The notes beneath the pieces were generated by a model. The model did not search any database and had not been told where the DNA came from. It was given only the letters and a program-made list of their open reading frames with translations. The translations under genes and the position numbers were made by a program. A DNA stretch of 64,000 bases from Gracilinanus agilis (lineage: Eukaryota), in assembly GCF_016433145.1 (NCBI RefSeq), contig NC_058136.1, positions 58,481,381-58,545,380 on the forward strand, given 5' to 3'. Positions within the stretch are counted from its first letter, which is position 1; every line of letters begins with the position of its first letter. Positions 25,480 to 37,925 of the stretch are shown here, piece after piece.

Positions 25480-27630
25480 TCTTTTTCCCACCCATAAAAT
25501 AGAGATATAAGATTAAATAAATTCCCACCCAGTGGACATGGCATTACACTTTCTGGAGAATGGAAGCAGTCCTTGGCTTGGGTGCCATATGCCTGCGATG
25601 GGAAGAGTACAAATGTTATGTTGCCATTGCCAGGGAAGGATGTTCTAAAAGTTTTGATATGACTTTTCCATTTCTTGTTTGTTGTCCTTCTAGTTCGTAA
25701 TATTAATAATATAAACTCTAAGGGAAACTGAAATGGTAGATGGTAGACTGTGTCCAACTTCCCTTATTTCCTAACTGTTGCTCAAGCAATCTGCATTTGA
25801 ACCGAAGAGGGTTATGTAACAGTTTAACCCTGGTAACAAACTCCTTGGAGGCAGATTACAAAAACAAACCTTATTTATCGTGTAAAGGGTTTAAAAGAAA
25901 GAAAGGATAATAATAAGGGTTTCAATTCGGGGTTCCCTAATTCTACCAGGGGTACTAAGCTTTTCCTACTTCCTTCTAGATCTCAATCTTTCTTCTTGTC
26001 TCGAGTAAACTCGAAACCTTCCTATTTCTCCTTATTCTATCTTAAAATCCCAACTATCTGATCTAACCTACTTCTAATATCCTTATTGATTAACTTGTAT
26101 ACCTCCAAGGTGGGCCCTGGGGGGCCAAAATGGCTTCTGACCAACTTGGGCCAAGAGTCTGTCTTCACACGGTTAGGATCACAAAGACCAGGAAAGAAAG
26201 ATCTTCTTTGCTTCTTTCCCAGTTGGTAACATCTCTCAGATCACAGTCACACAGTCGCTAAATGTTGATATTGGTATTCCTGAACTGGCACAGGAAATTG
26301 CCAAAAGCTCCAAAGAAAAACTTCCTCTTTTGCCAAGCTCCAGTGGGTCAGAGCCCTCAGGAAAAGACAGTTTGCTCAAAAAAATTCCCTTTCAACATTC
26401 CACAGAACTCTGCCTTGCAACCCCCACTGCCTGCAAATTCCAAAGCAAGAGGCAGCTTTGTAGGACTTAACTTTTTGAACCAAAAACCTAAAATCTTATC
26501 TTAATAAGTTTCACCTTTAAATTCCCTCAGAATGATTTTTTCCCTTTGGGCCTCACATAAACATGTTTTCCCCTCTACTTCTCGGTATTTATGAGGTAAA
26601 ACGGCTCATAACCTTGTATAATCTTCCTCTTACAAGATTTTACAAAAGGGTATTGCTCTTGACTGAATATGTCTCTATTTGGCAAGAGAATCCCGTATTT
26701 ACTGACTTTGATGCTTTATAAACTCTTACGTCACACTGTGGTGGTTTCTGCACATCAGTGACACTTTTATAGTAAATAGTGTTAGGCTGTCAACGTCTGT
26801 GCTTTTATCAGTTTTTCCCCATTTTGGAACATCAACAGGTTGCTTAAATAGGTCGGGTTCTTGGAGTTGCTTCAATTGCATGCCAGATCTCATTTTAATT
26901 CTTTCTTCTAGATCATCCTTAATTTTGATCCCTGATCTAAGAAGTTGATTATTTGACAACCCAGACAGCTGATTAGGAAACGGCTTCCATATTTATTATT
27001 GACTTGTTAATGGAATATAACCATTTTTAATATTATTTGGTGCTCAACATGCCCAATGCCTCCTGCCTGTCTTCTGAAATAAAAAAAAATTCTTAGGAAG
27101 AAAGTAGCAAAGCTTGCTTATAGCCTCTCAGTCTTCAGCCTCTCTAGTTTCTTATTCCTGGATCATGGTTTCCAACATATTTTTCATTGCTTTCCCCTAT
27201 GTTCACCTTTACATGGAAGTTAATGAGCTTTAAAGAACATGTTGACTTAATTGGGATTTCTAGAGCAAGTACTTTGTAGCATCTCTCTGCCTCATTCTTT
27301 GTAACAGATGCTGGCACAGAAGCAGCACTTGGTGATCTCTTTGCAAATAATTATCATGAGCAATGTGAGATGAGGTGACCAAATGTCACATGTAATGATG
27401 TTTCTTGCTTCCTTTGTACGCACGATAAAATCAGCTCTGCCAACTCTTGGCTTTGCCTCTCTAAGGATTACCTGTGTCCTCCCACTTAGATACCACATCC
27501 TTTTGTCTTCTTGCTTCTTTCATAGTGAGAAAATCAAGATAGCTATGGCTCAGCTCCTCAAGAACTATCCATTTACAGTACCAACAACTAAGCTAATGTT
27601 TATATATGGTCTTAAATTCCATGATCGTGA
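25480..27630 (-). mobile_element. Ancient decayed element, probably L1 ORF1/HAL1-like, interrupted by the solo LTR
   Basis: The - strand has weak motifs collinear with L1 ORF1: coiled-coil-like IKDDLEERIK, gagatctgg...gatgttcc, EKIILRE.K..TY, gtggaatgttgaaag, gcaaactgtctttt..gaggg. Many stops. Confidence 0.35.
25815..26169 (-). mobile_element. ERV solo LTR (355 bp)
   Basis: TG...CA termini; 6-bp TSD gggtta (25809-25814) / cggtta (26170-26175). Orientation is inferred only from an AATAAA-like ataaataa near the 25815 end on the - strand. Confidence 0.7.
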
Positions 27631-28399
27631 GTACTCTCTGCCATGGTGCAAGGTGCTGGCCTAAAGTCAGAGGACTTGGGTTCAATTCCTACCCTAGCTG
27701 TGTGGCCCTGAGCAAGTCACTCAACCTTTCTCATCCTCTGTTTCCTTCTCTGTCAAATGAGGGATTGGACTCAGCCTCTCAGATCCTCCCTAGCTCTACA
27801 TCTACGAACCCATCTACCATTTTCCCCACTCTGCCACTTTCTCTATAGAAGTTGAAGGGAGCTGCCAAAGCCCGGAGGTCATTTGATATTTTTCTTTGTT
27901 TTGTGAGTTTTCATAACTAGAAGATTGTTCAAAAATGGCTAGTGAGCCTCTTCGTATGTGGTTAGCTAGGTTGTTCCTTGAAAAATGCCAAGACTAAAGT
28001 GGAAGTCTCTCTCACTTAATCACTAGAGCTCCCATTTGTTTTTGTTTTTAAATTTGTTTTAAAGTTTTTTTAATTTAGAATATTTTTGCATGGTTGCATG
28101 ATTCATGATCCCCCCGCCCCCGCTCTTTCCTCCCTCCTCCCAAAGCTGACAAGGAGTTCTACTGGGTTATCCATGTATCATTGTTCAAAACCTATTTCCA
28201 TGTTATTCATATTTTCAGTAGAGTGATCTTCTAACATCAAAACTCTAATCATATCCCTATCAAATTATATGATCAATCCTGTTTTTCTGAATTTCCGTTC
28301 CGACAGTTCTTTCTCTGGATGTGGACAGAATTCTTTTTCCCAAGTTCCTCTGCATTATCCTGGGTCATTGCATTGCTGCTAGTAGAAAAATCTATTATA

Positions 28400-28512
28400 T
28401 TCAATTATGCCATAATGTATCTGGCTCTGTGTACAATGTTCTCCTGGTTCTGTTACATTCAGTTGTGCCACAGTGGATCCATCTCTGTGTACAATGTTCT
28501 CCTGGTTCTGAT
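28400..28512. repeat. Tandem duplication with a period of about 58 bp inside the L1 3' region
   Basis: ctctgtgtacaatgttctcctggttctg occurs twice. Confidence 0.8.
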
Positions 28513-29360
28513 CATTTTGCTCTGCATCAGTTCCTGGAGGTCGTTCCAGTTCACATGGAATTCCTCCAGTTCATTATTCCTTTCCGCACAATAACATTCC
28601 ATCACCATCATGTACCACAGTTTGTTCAGCCATTCCCCAATCGAGGGATATCCCCTAAAGCTTCCAATTTTTTGCCACCACAAAGAGCATGGCTATAAAT
28701 AGTTTTGTACACGTCTTTTCCCTTATTATCTCTTTGGAGTACAAACCCAGCAGTGGTATGGCAGGGTCAAAGGGTAGGCAGTAGGCATACTTCCAAATTG
28801 CCTTCCAGAATGGTTGGACCAATTCACAAGTCCACCCACAATGTATTAGTGTCCCAATTTTGCAACATCCCCTCCAACATTTATTACTTTCCTTTGCTGT
28901 CATATTAGCCAATCTGTTAGGTGTGAGGTGGTACCTCAGAGTTGTTTTGATTTGCATTTCTCTAATCAGGAGGGATTTAGAACACTTTCTCATGTGATTA
29001 TTGATAGATTTGATTTCATTATCTGAAATTTGCCTATTCATGTCCCTTGACCATTTGTCACTTGGGGAATGGTTTGATTTTTTGTAAATTTGACTTAGTT
29101 CCTTATATATTTGGGAAATTAAACCTTTGTCAGAGACTTATGTTATAAACATGTTCTCCTAGTTTGTTGCTTTCCTTCTAATTTTCATTGCATTGGTTTT
29201 GTTTGTAGAAAAACTTTTTCATTTAATATAATCAAAATTATTCATTTTACATCTTGTAATGTTCTTTATCTCTTGCTTGGTTTTAAATCCCTTCCTTTCC
29301 CACAGATCTGACAGGTAAACTATGCTATGTTCACCTAGTTTATTTATTATTTCACTCTTT

Positions 29361-29560
29361 TTTTTTAAACCCTCACCTTCCATCTTGGAGTCAACACTGT
29401 GTATTGGCTCTAAGGCAGAAGAGTGGTCAGGGTAGGCAATGGGGGTCAAGTGACTTGCCCAGGGTCACCCAGCTTGGAAGTGTCTGAGGCCAGATTTGAA
29501 CCTAGGACCTCCCGTCTCTAGGCCTGGCTCTCAATCCACTGAGCCACCCAGCTGCCCCCC
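29361..29560 (-). mobile_element. SINE1_Mdo-type SINE nested in L1
   Basis: Full antisense copy; TSD tcactcttt. Confidence 0.92.
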
Positions 29561-30179
29561 ATCACTCTTTATATTATATTTAAGTCATTTACCCATTTTG
29601 AATTTACCTTGCTATAGGGTGTGAGATGTTGATCTAAACCTAATCTCTCCCATATTGTTTTTCAATTTTCCCAGCAGTTTCTGTCAAATAGGGGGTTCTT
29701 GCCCCAAAAGCTGGGATCTTTGGGTTTATTAAACACTAGCTTGCCAACGTCACTTACCCCAAGACTATTCCACTGATCCTTCCTTCTGTCTCTTAGCCAG
29801 TACCATATTGTTTTGATGACCGCTGCTTTAGAGTATAGCTTAATATCTGGTACTGCTGGGCCACCTTCCTTCACATTTTTTCATTATTTCTCTTGATATT
29901 CTTGATCTTTCGTTCTTCCAAATGAATTTTGTTATCGTTTTTCTAATTCTATAAAATAGTTTCTTGGTAGTTTGATAGGTATGGCGCCAAATAGGTAAAT
30001 TAATTTGGGTAGAATGGTCATTTGTATTATGTTAGCTCGTCCTACCCATGAGCAATCAATGTTTTTCCAATTGTTTGGATCCAGTTTTAATTGTGTGGAA
30101 AGTGTTTTGTAGTTGTGTTTGTATAATTCTTGTGTTTGTCTTGGCAGATAGATTCCTAAGTATTTTATATTGTCTAGGG

Positions 30180-30382
30180 CAGTGATGGGTAAACTACAGC
30201 CCATGGGCCAGATGTGGCCCCCAGAAATGTTCTAGCCAGCCAGGCAACATTATTCCTAATCTGATGAATACAACAAGTAGGATGCAATCCAGTGAAACTT
30301 CAAAAGAGTTGCCTTAGAAACAGACTGACAGATGAACATTTCCTTTCCTTTGGCCCCTCTTTAAAAAGTTTGCCCATCACTG
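30180..30382. mobile_element. hAT (Charlie-like) non-autonomous DNA transposon nested in L1
   Basis: 16-bp TIRs cagtgatgggtaaact / agtttgcccatcactg (15/16 match); perfect 8-bp TSD gtctaggg at 30172-30179 and 30383-30390. Confidence 0.92.
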
Positions 30383-30944
30383 GTCTAGGGTGATTTTAAA
30401 TGGAGTTTCTCTTTCTATCTCCTGCTGCTGAGTTTTGTTGGAAATATATAGAAACGCTGATGATTTATGTGGGTTTATTTTGTATCCTGCAACTTTGCTA
30501 AAGTTGTTGATTATTTCTACCAGCCTCTTAGTTGATTCTCTAGGATTTTTTTTTAAGTAGACCCTCATATCATCTGCAATGAGTGGTAGTTTCGTTTCCT
30601 CATTGCCTACTTTAATCCCTTCAATTTCTTTTTCGTCTCTAATTGTAAAGCTCCCATTTGGCCAGCACAGCCCAGCAGTCGGGTCATCAGCATGCCTCAT
30701 GAACTCCTAGAGGAAGATTTGTGCAGTTTTCCCCCCAACAGAGCTTTTAAAGGTCCCTTTAAATCTTTCGGAGCTGTCCTCACTGCAGCCTTAGCTCATT
30801 GGAACCTTTGACACCATCCTGACAGGTTCTGGCCATGAGTTTCTGCTTATCCAGTGCGTTCATCCTCGAGGTTTAATCTGCTTAAATTTCTAAACATCTC
30901 GCTCAATTCAGTCAACATGTTCTTCCGGACTCTTTGTGCTGTTT

Positions 30945-31150
30945 CAGTCCTGTTCGACTCTTCGTGATCCCTTTTGGGGTTTTCTTGGCATAGATATTGG
31001 GGTTGGTTTGCCATTTCCTGCCATTTTCCACGTGAGGAAACTGAAGCAAACAGGATGAAGTGACTTGCCCAGAGTCCCACAGCTACTAAGTGCCCAAGGC
31101 TGCATTTGAACTCAGATCTTCCTGACTCCAGGCCTGGCCCTCTGTCCACT
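30945..31150 (-). mobile_element. MAR1 SINE
   Basis: gactcttcgtgatccc...ttttcttggcatagat...gaggaaactgaagc...gtgacttgcccag. Confidence 0.8.
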
Positions 31151-31344
31151 GCCCTAAAGGTGAAATGAAAACTGTGTTGGAAACTATGGTTCAGGAGTTA
31201 GAACCCATAGTGGTCAAATGCCAGCTTCGCTACTTTCTTTCAGAATAGTCAGGAGTCCTGATCCCCGAGTGCCCTATTTCACCCCTGCCCGCTTGGCCTA
31301 TTACTGTCTACTCCTCAGGCCTGAACCACTCCCAGCTAAGGGGG

Positions 31345-31590
31345 CGACAACAGAGTGCCTAAAGCACTGGGCCTGGAGACAGGAATACTCAAGTTCAAAT
31401 CCCACCTCAGTTACTTCCTAGCTGTGTGGCCCTGGGCAAGTCTCTTCTGCCTGCCTCAGTTCCCTCAACTGTAAAATGAGAAGAAGAATAGCACCCACCC
31501 CCAGAGCTGTTGTGAGGATCAAATGAGATAATAATATAAAGCGCTTAGCACAGTGCCTGGCATGTGGCGGGTAGCTAATAAATGCTTCTT
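31345..31590 (+). mobile_element. MIR/CORE SINE
   Basis: Near-complete MIR ending gcttagcacagtgcctggc...aataaatg. Confidence 0.85.
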
Positions 31591-34500
31591 CCTCCACTCT
31601 ATTTACGGGTTGTTGAACAGAGCCAGAGGAAGTTCTGCCGACCAGGCCCACCGCACATTTATTCTCTCCCATGTCCTTTCCCCCCTCCCTAACCCATTCT
31701 CTATTGCCTCCAGGAACTCTCCCTTCCCCCCTTTCTTTAGACTTCCTCTCCCAGCCAAGAACCCTGCCTGATAATGTACAGAGACCACTGAGGCTATGTC
31801 TTCATTCCAGTGCCTTTCCTCCCTCCGTCGTCTCCTATGTAGCCCGTGTGTCACATGCTTCGTATATATTTGCTCACCTGTCTTCTCCCCCATGAAATTG
31901 TGAGCTCCTTGAGAGCAGGGACTGACTTTGGCCTCTTTTTGCATCCCTAGTACTTAGCACAGTGCCTGGCACACAGTAGGCACGTAGTCAGTGTCTATCT
32001 GTTGAGGGGAATTGAGTACGAGGAGGGAGGTGAAGCAGGACGGAGAATGGTGGCCAAGGAAGGCTCCCTCAAGGCATGCTGGAGCTCTTGGCCAGGTGGC
32101 TTGATGTCTTCTTGTAAACCTCAAAGGGAGGCAGATTCTTTTAGCTCCTGGACGGGAACCAAGCAATCCCCCCGGACGCGGGCATACTGGCCGCGACACT
32201 TATTCCCTCCCAAAACATCTCTCCACTAGCCCATAGAGGGCCTGTCAAGTCTGACAAAACTGGCGTGACCCAGTGGCGGTGATGCTCATATTTTTAATAG
32301 AAACAAACCCAACCTATTTATTTGATGAATGGGACCTGAAAGAGATGGATTTTCTCCAAGTTCTTAGAAAATGGTACATGGGAGACCAAAGAGCTCTTTG
32401 ATATTTTTTATTAGCCATGTCTATCTGCCATACTCCTTCCCAGATATCTCCTTGCATCCTCCCTCTCGGAGGACGTGACACTTCGGTGAGCAGCTGGCCT
32501 ACCCAGCCAGCCCCACCAGAGCCTGCAGACCCTTGCCTCCATTTATAAAGCAGAGACAATCCGTCACGGTGGGAAATTGGAAATTCGTATTGAGAACTGT
32601 GTGATGTCAGAATCGAAGAGAGTGCCTGACTCTCTGAATAGGAAGGAGCTTCAGAGGGGCATCTCGTCCCCTTGTACCTGAGCAGAAAGCTCTTCCATGA
32701 TGTGCCTCCTGTCTCCCGCAGCTCCACTTTTCCTTCGATGTGAGTAAAATGCTCCCCTCTTGTCATTTCTCCCCACTGCTGCTCCTGGTTCTGTCCTTGG
32801 GGCCCAGGAAGAACAAGACTGATCCTTCTTTTCCCAGGAGGCCGATGGCATATCTGGCCCCACACCATCCCTAAGCTTTCTCTTCTCTAGGCTCCACATC
32901 CCCAGCTCCTGAAATGGATCATCCTATTCTCTTGTCTCTACTCCCCTTGTCATCCTAACCTGCCTCCTCTGGCTAAATAGGATACCTAGAGTTGACCCCA
33001 GTCCTCCAGATGTCCTCCGACAAGGGCAGAGGAGAGGGGTACCATCATCTCCCTCATCCTGGACCCTAGGCTTTGTGGTCCAATGGTAAAAGCACTGGAC
33101 TTGGAGTCAGAGGATTGGGCTCAAACTCCTGGCATTTTGTGAGTCCAGACAAACTCCTTAAACCCCGCTCAGGCCTCAGTTTCCTCCTTTGGAAAATGGG
33201 GGGAATTGGACTAGATGACCTCAAGTGGCCCTTCCAGTTCTATAGCTTGGGCTTCTATGATATGCTCTCAAACAAGGGCAAAATTGGCTGGCCAGAAAGG
33301 AGAAGTAGCTTCTAGGTGACTCTGCCTGTCGTGTCCCCTGAGGCTTTGGGTCTTAGCTGGCTCTCCCTGCTTTACATGGGCACACGTGCCCATGCTCCAG
33401 GCCATGCAGACATCCCTGATGCTGGTTTGCCATTCCTTAGCTCACAGTCTGACTTGATGCCTTGTCTATCTGTCAGTCATTGGGCAGAGAAGTTGGTTCG
33501 CCCTTGAGTCTATTGATTGAAGCACTTTGTGCAAAACTAATCGTTTGACATTTCCCATCTTCTTCATCTTCCTCGCTCCCCTCCCTCCATCTCTCAGCAG
33601 CCTGGACCCAAGAACTCCCTCAGCTGGGAAAGGGAGGTAGATCACTTGGGTTCCATGAGAAAAATTCCATTTGGCCCAAGTCACCAAGTCTTTATGGAAT
33701 GACTCCTGGGCTTGGGACTGTGGAGAGGACACCAAGAAGGAGCAGAGGACCATTGCTTGAGAGCAGGAAGGGATATTAGAGTTGGTCTAGTCTAGTGTTT
33801 CACAGATGAGAAAACTGAGGCTCATGGAAGTTAAGTGATTTACACAACACGACAGCTAGTAAGTGGTAGAGCTAGAGCTTATACCTCCTGACTCCCAATC
33901 CAGTGCCTTCCCTACTGACTGAAGGAACTGGGACTGGTCAGTCAACCGAAGAAAAGACTTTGGAGTAGCTGAGAAGGAGGGAAAATGATAGTGGTCTTCA
34001 GGATTTCTTCAGGGGACAATCACTTAGAAGAAGACTTGTTCTGCTGAGTCCCAAGGGGCAGAGCCTAGAAAAGTGGGTAGAAGCTGCAGATGGGCAGACT
34101 GAGGCTAGATGTCTAGAAAAACTTGTTCAAGGGTGAGAACTGAGCCAAAGGGGGCAAGGTGCCTCTAGAGGTGGCAGAGTGGCTTTCTCCTCACTTGGAA
34201 TATTTGTCAAAGGTAACAGAGAAGACACGGGTCCTTCCCCCAGGGAGTTCACACGATACAGTGGAAAGAGCCCTGGGTTTGGAGTCAGAGGACCCAAGTT
34301 CTAATCATGCCTCTCCCTCCCACTTACTAGTTGGATGGGCTTTGACAGGGTGCTTCCTCTCTCTCTCTCTCTCTCCATCTCTCCATCTCTAATTCGCCCA
34401 TCTAGAAAATATGGGTGTTGATCTAGATTATCTCTGAGGTCCCTTTCAAGTCGGACCCCTGTAATCCTAGGTTGGGAGCCACCAAATAAAGTCACGAGAC

Positions 34501-34822
34501 TAGGAGGAGCTAAAGAAATGCAGAGAAGTTTGAGGAGACAAGATGGGCTCCAGGTTTGGATAGGAAGAGTAAAGTAGAGCCTCCCTCCAATGGCTGGATT
34601 GAGGTACTCAAACTAGATTCCATAAAGAGTTGATGAAGGTTTGTGAGTAGGGAGTGCCACCATAAAAAGAATGTGTGGACTTCCCAATCTGGTTAAAAGC
34701 TGAATGGCCCAGATCTTTTTTCCCATCTCACTCCAGCCCCACCACCCATTCCAGGCCAACTGTACCCTGGGGAAGCCACGCCCACTCCAAGCCTGGGCCT
34801 CAATGTTTGGGTTGAGTAGAGG

Positions 34823-35018
34823 CCGAGTTCATAACCTGGGGTTCGTGAACTTCCTTTTTTAATGTTTTGCTAACTGCATGTCAATATAACTGTGTTCCTT
34901 TGTAACCCCCACATGTTTGATTTGATGCATTTAAAAACACGATTCTGAGCTGGGGTCCATTGGCTTCCCCAGAGCATCCAAGGGGCTCATGCTACGAGGG
35001 AAAAGTCAAGAGCCTCTG
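34823..35018. mobile_element. Old hAT-Charlie MER-like MITE
   Basis: Degenerate termini gagttcataacctgggg ... aagtcaagagcctctg, resembling cagaggttcttaacct-type TIRs. Confidence 0.55.
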
Positions 35019-36144
35019 CTCTGAGGAGAGTCTCCCTGTCTTCCCCCTTGCAGTGAGGCAGGCATGATTCCCCCTATTTTACAATGGAAAAACTGAGGTT
35101 CAGAAGGATTAAGGGATTTAACCGACTCTTTGGCAAAGCCAAAGCTTCAATTCCTATTTTATGATTCCCTGGCCAGGACACTCTCCACTAGGCCGTGATG
35201 TTTCTCCAGGCAAGATGGGTCATCTCACTTTCCACTTTGGTTCAGGCTTCAACCAGAATTTGCCCCCCACCCTGGTACTTTCTCTGGTCATATCCTTCAA
35301 GTCTTCTCATGAACTCCCGCTCACATTTCTCTCCTCTGTTCCTCTGAGTTCATTTTCTTGTCTGTAAAGTGGAGACCATACCATTCGTGGTCCCTCCCTC
35401 ATAGAGGCCAAATGGGATCACGTAGGAGCGGAAAGGTCTTTTACATGCAGGCACGGGCTGCAGAGTTTCCTTTGGTGGCAGGCCAAGCTTGGGGACGCCC
35501 TGAATTCAGACTGTTCTCAGGTCGTCCCCGAATTTGAAAGTAGAGGGATGAATAAAACGACCAGGCGGTCCCAAGGGCCTGATTTCAGTACATTCTTCCT
35601 CAGTCTAAAATTTCAGAGAGCCTCGTGGTACAAGGCTTAGTCATGGTGTCTTCGGATTTAAAGCTAGAAGGAATGATGACTAGACAGATGAGTGACTCAT
35701 TAGACGAATGGGTGGATAGAGACACGGAGAGATGGCCCACTGACTAGCTAGCTTAGCAGCTAGCCGAAATTCCACACTACTTGAAGTTTACCACACATTT
35801 TACATCTGTTTTCTTATGAATCCTCTTAAGGCCTGGGTTCCAGATGGTATCGTCCCTCTCTTACAGGCGAGGAAGATGAGGTCGAGAGAAAAGGAATTGA
35901 CCATAGTCATATGGGGGGGGGGGGAAGCAGAGCAGCCAGGATTCATTCAAACTGAGATGCCCTGATTCCAAAGCCGGTGTACTCTCTCATACTCCAAGAC
36001 CAAGAGAGAGAACCTCACCCTCCTCTATGCAACCCCTGCACTTCCAGGAAGTCTGGCCACTTCATAGCAGGGTCATCACTGCCTACTTAGACTCCATGGG
36101 TGGGGAAGGAGAAAGGAAGAAAGGAAAGAATAGAGGGAGCATGA

Positions 36145-36343
36145 TGGCAGCAAAGTGACTCAGTGGATTGAGAGCAAGGCTAGTGATGGGAGGTCCTGGG
36201 TTCAAGTCTTGCCTGATACTTCCTTACCGAGTGACCCTGGGCAAGTCACTTAACCTACATTGCCTAGCCCTTACTGCTCTTCTGCGTTGGAACCAATACA
36301 GAGTATTGATTCTAAGACAAAAGGTAATGGTTTCTAAAAGAAT
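36145..36343 (+). mobile_element. SINE1_Mdo-type SINE
   Basis: 20-bp TSD aaagaatagagggagcatga at 36125-36144 and 36344-36363. Confidence 0.9.
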
Positions 36344-37589
36344 AAAGAATAGAGGGAGCATGAACTGCTGGTGGTTTGGGAAGATCTGGGAAGAATGCTG
36401 GCCTGAATCAGGCAGATCATCACAGACACCGAGCCTTTTCTTCAGCCTGCCCATGGAGTCCTCTCTGCCTTGTCATGCCCTGGGTCACTGATGCTCATTC
36501 AGCCTGGTGAAAGTGAAGAGCACCGGTTTAATTCAGCTGCCCCCTGCTGCCTCTTCTATTTAGACTCTCTTTTTACAGATGAGGTAACTGAGGTATAGAG
36601 AGGTAAAGTGAGTTACCCAAGGTTGATCAAGTAGTGAGTGGCCAGACACTACAGCGTATTCCAGACCTCTTTCACGACTCTTGACCAACTGCACATTCTC
36701 CGCTCCCGCCAAACACCTCTTTGCCATCTCCCAAACTTGACCTACCTTCTCCCACCATTCTGCCTTTTCAGGCAGAGCCTCCTAGACTCCTTAGCTTCCT
36801 GCAAGGCTGAATTCAGCTGTGCCTCCTCCTACGGGAAACCTGCCCTGAACCATTCCCCCAGCCAGCATTCCATCTCTGCTCAAAAGGGCTTTTGATGTAT
36901 TTGAGTTCGATCTCCCTTTTGCCTAACAACAGTGTTCAGTTGGATGGACAGGGCTATGAAGAGGAGGCTGAGAGAAGGGCCCTTGCAACGTTCCTCAGAA
37001 ACCCATTCCAGAATCATAAGGCCCCTCCCCTTCCCCTTCCTCTTACCCTCGCCCATGATCATGGTCACTTGTGGCCATTACACCTTGGGAAGAGTTGGGG
37101 GTCATCCAGAGGAAGGTCACCACTCTGGTGGGAAAGGTGTCTTGAGAACAGGCCACAGGAGAATGGCTCAAAGGAAGCTTAATGGGGAATAGGCTCATTG
37201 TCCTCAATGGTGTGAAGGTCCTGGTTGGGAGAGCAGGAATTCAGCCTGTTCTGCTTGCCCCCTGAGGGCCAAACTAGGAACAACAGATAGGAACAGCAGG
37301 TATCACCTTAATATGAATTCCTAATAGCAATCAGAGCCGTGTGGTTCTAGAATGGGCCACCTTGCCAGCAGTACCCAGCCAGAGGCCAGAGACCTTGGCT
37401 CAGGGATACTGTAGAGAGATGATTGAAAGGTTGGTCTTGACTCTTCCAAGATTCTCTGATTTCAAGGGCCATCACTTGGAGTACCCAGAGACCCAGCTGC
37501 CTTTTCTTCTGGCCACCCACGCCAGTAACTTCAGCCAAGATCATATTGTTCCTCTTGGGACTCTCGCTCTGTCTCTTTTAAAAAGGTCT

Positions 37590-37925
37590 CACTGATGCTC
37601 TTTTCTTTTCCATTATAATCAGGTCTGGAAACTGCTGCCTCCCATGTGACAAAATAAAAAACAAAACCAGCAGATATGGCGACAGCAGTGTGTCCTAGTG
37701 ATCCCCTCCTGGGGGCAGGGAGGGGATATGCTGCATTTGTTTGTTCTGATCGGTTTTTCAATTATCCATAGGCCGACCTTTTTATTTATGGCCTTACTGT
37801 TCTTCTGGTCCTGCTTATTTTGTATTGCATCAGTTCATACAACTTTTCCCCTATTTCTCTGACCGACTTGTTTCTCACTGTCATTTTGTTCTACATCATA
37901 TCCCATATTTTTTCATCTGTTCATC
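37590..37925 (-). mobile_element. Old L1 3'-end fragment
   Basis: ttcttctggtcctgcttattttgtattgcatcagttcatac resembles the antisense marsupial L1 3' region. Confidence 0.55.

Larger units (their letters stand above)
28039..30648 (-). mobile_element. 5'-truncated LINE-1 (RT to 3'UTR) with TSD
   Basis: ORF2 C-terminal fragments ([29 protein letters not shown]...CWRGCCKIGTLIHC). T-rich tail at about 28039. 12-bp TSD agctcccatttg at 28027-28038 and 30649-30660. Confidence 0.93.

Noticed and set aside
27075-27330. Minus-strand translation (LLLCQH...ATKYL...GKAMKNMLETM...ETREA...FLPK) resembling filovirus nucleoprotein
   Set aside because: The best segment scores only about 40 raw BLOSUM62 by hand, needs several gaps and stops, and similarity stops after FLPK. 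Equally weak matches to bornavirus N and parvovirus Rep appear nearby, which points to chance. The downstream part fits L1 ORF1 better. A tBLASTn of filovirus NP would settle it.
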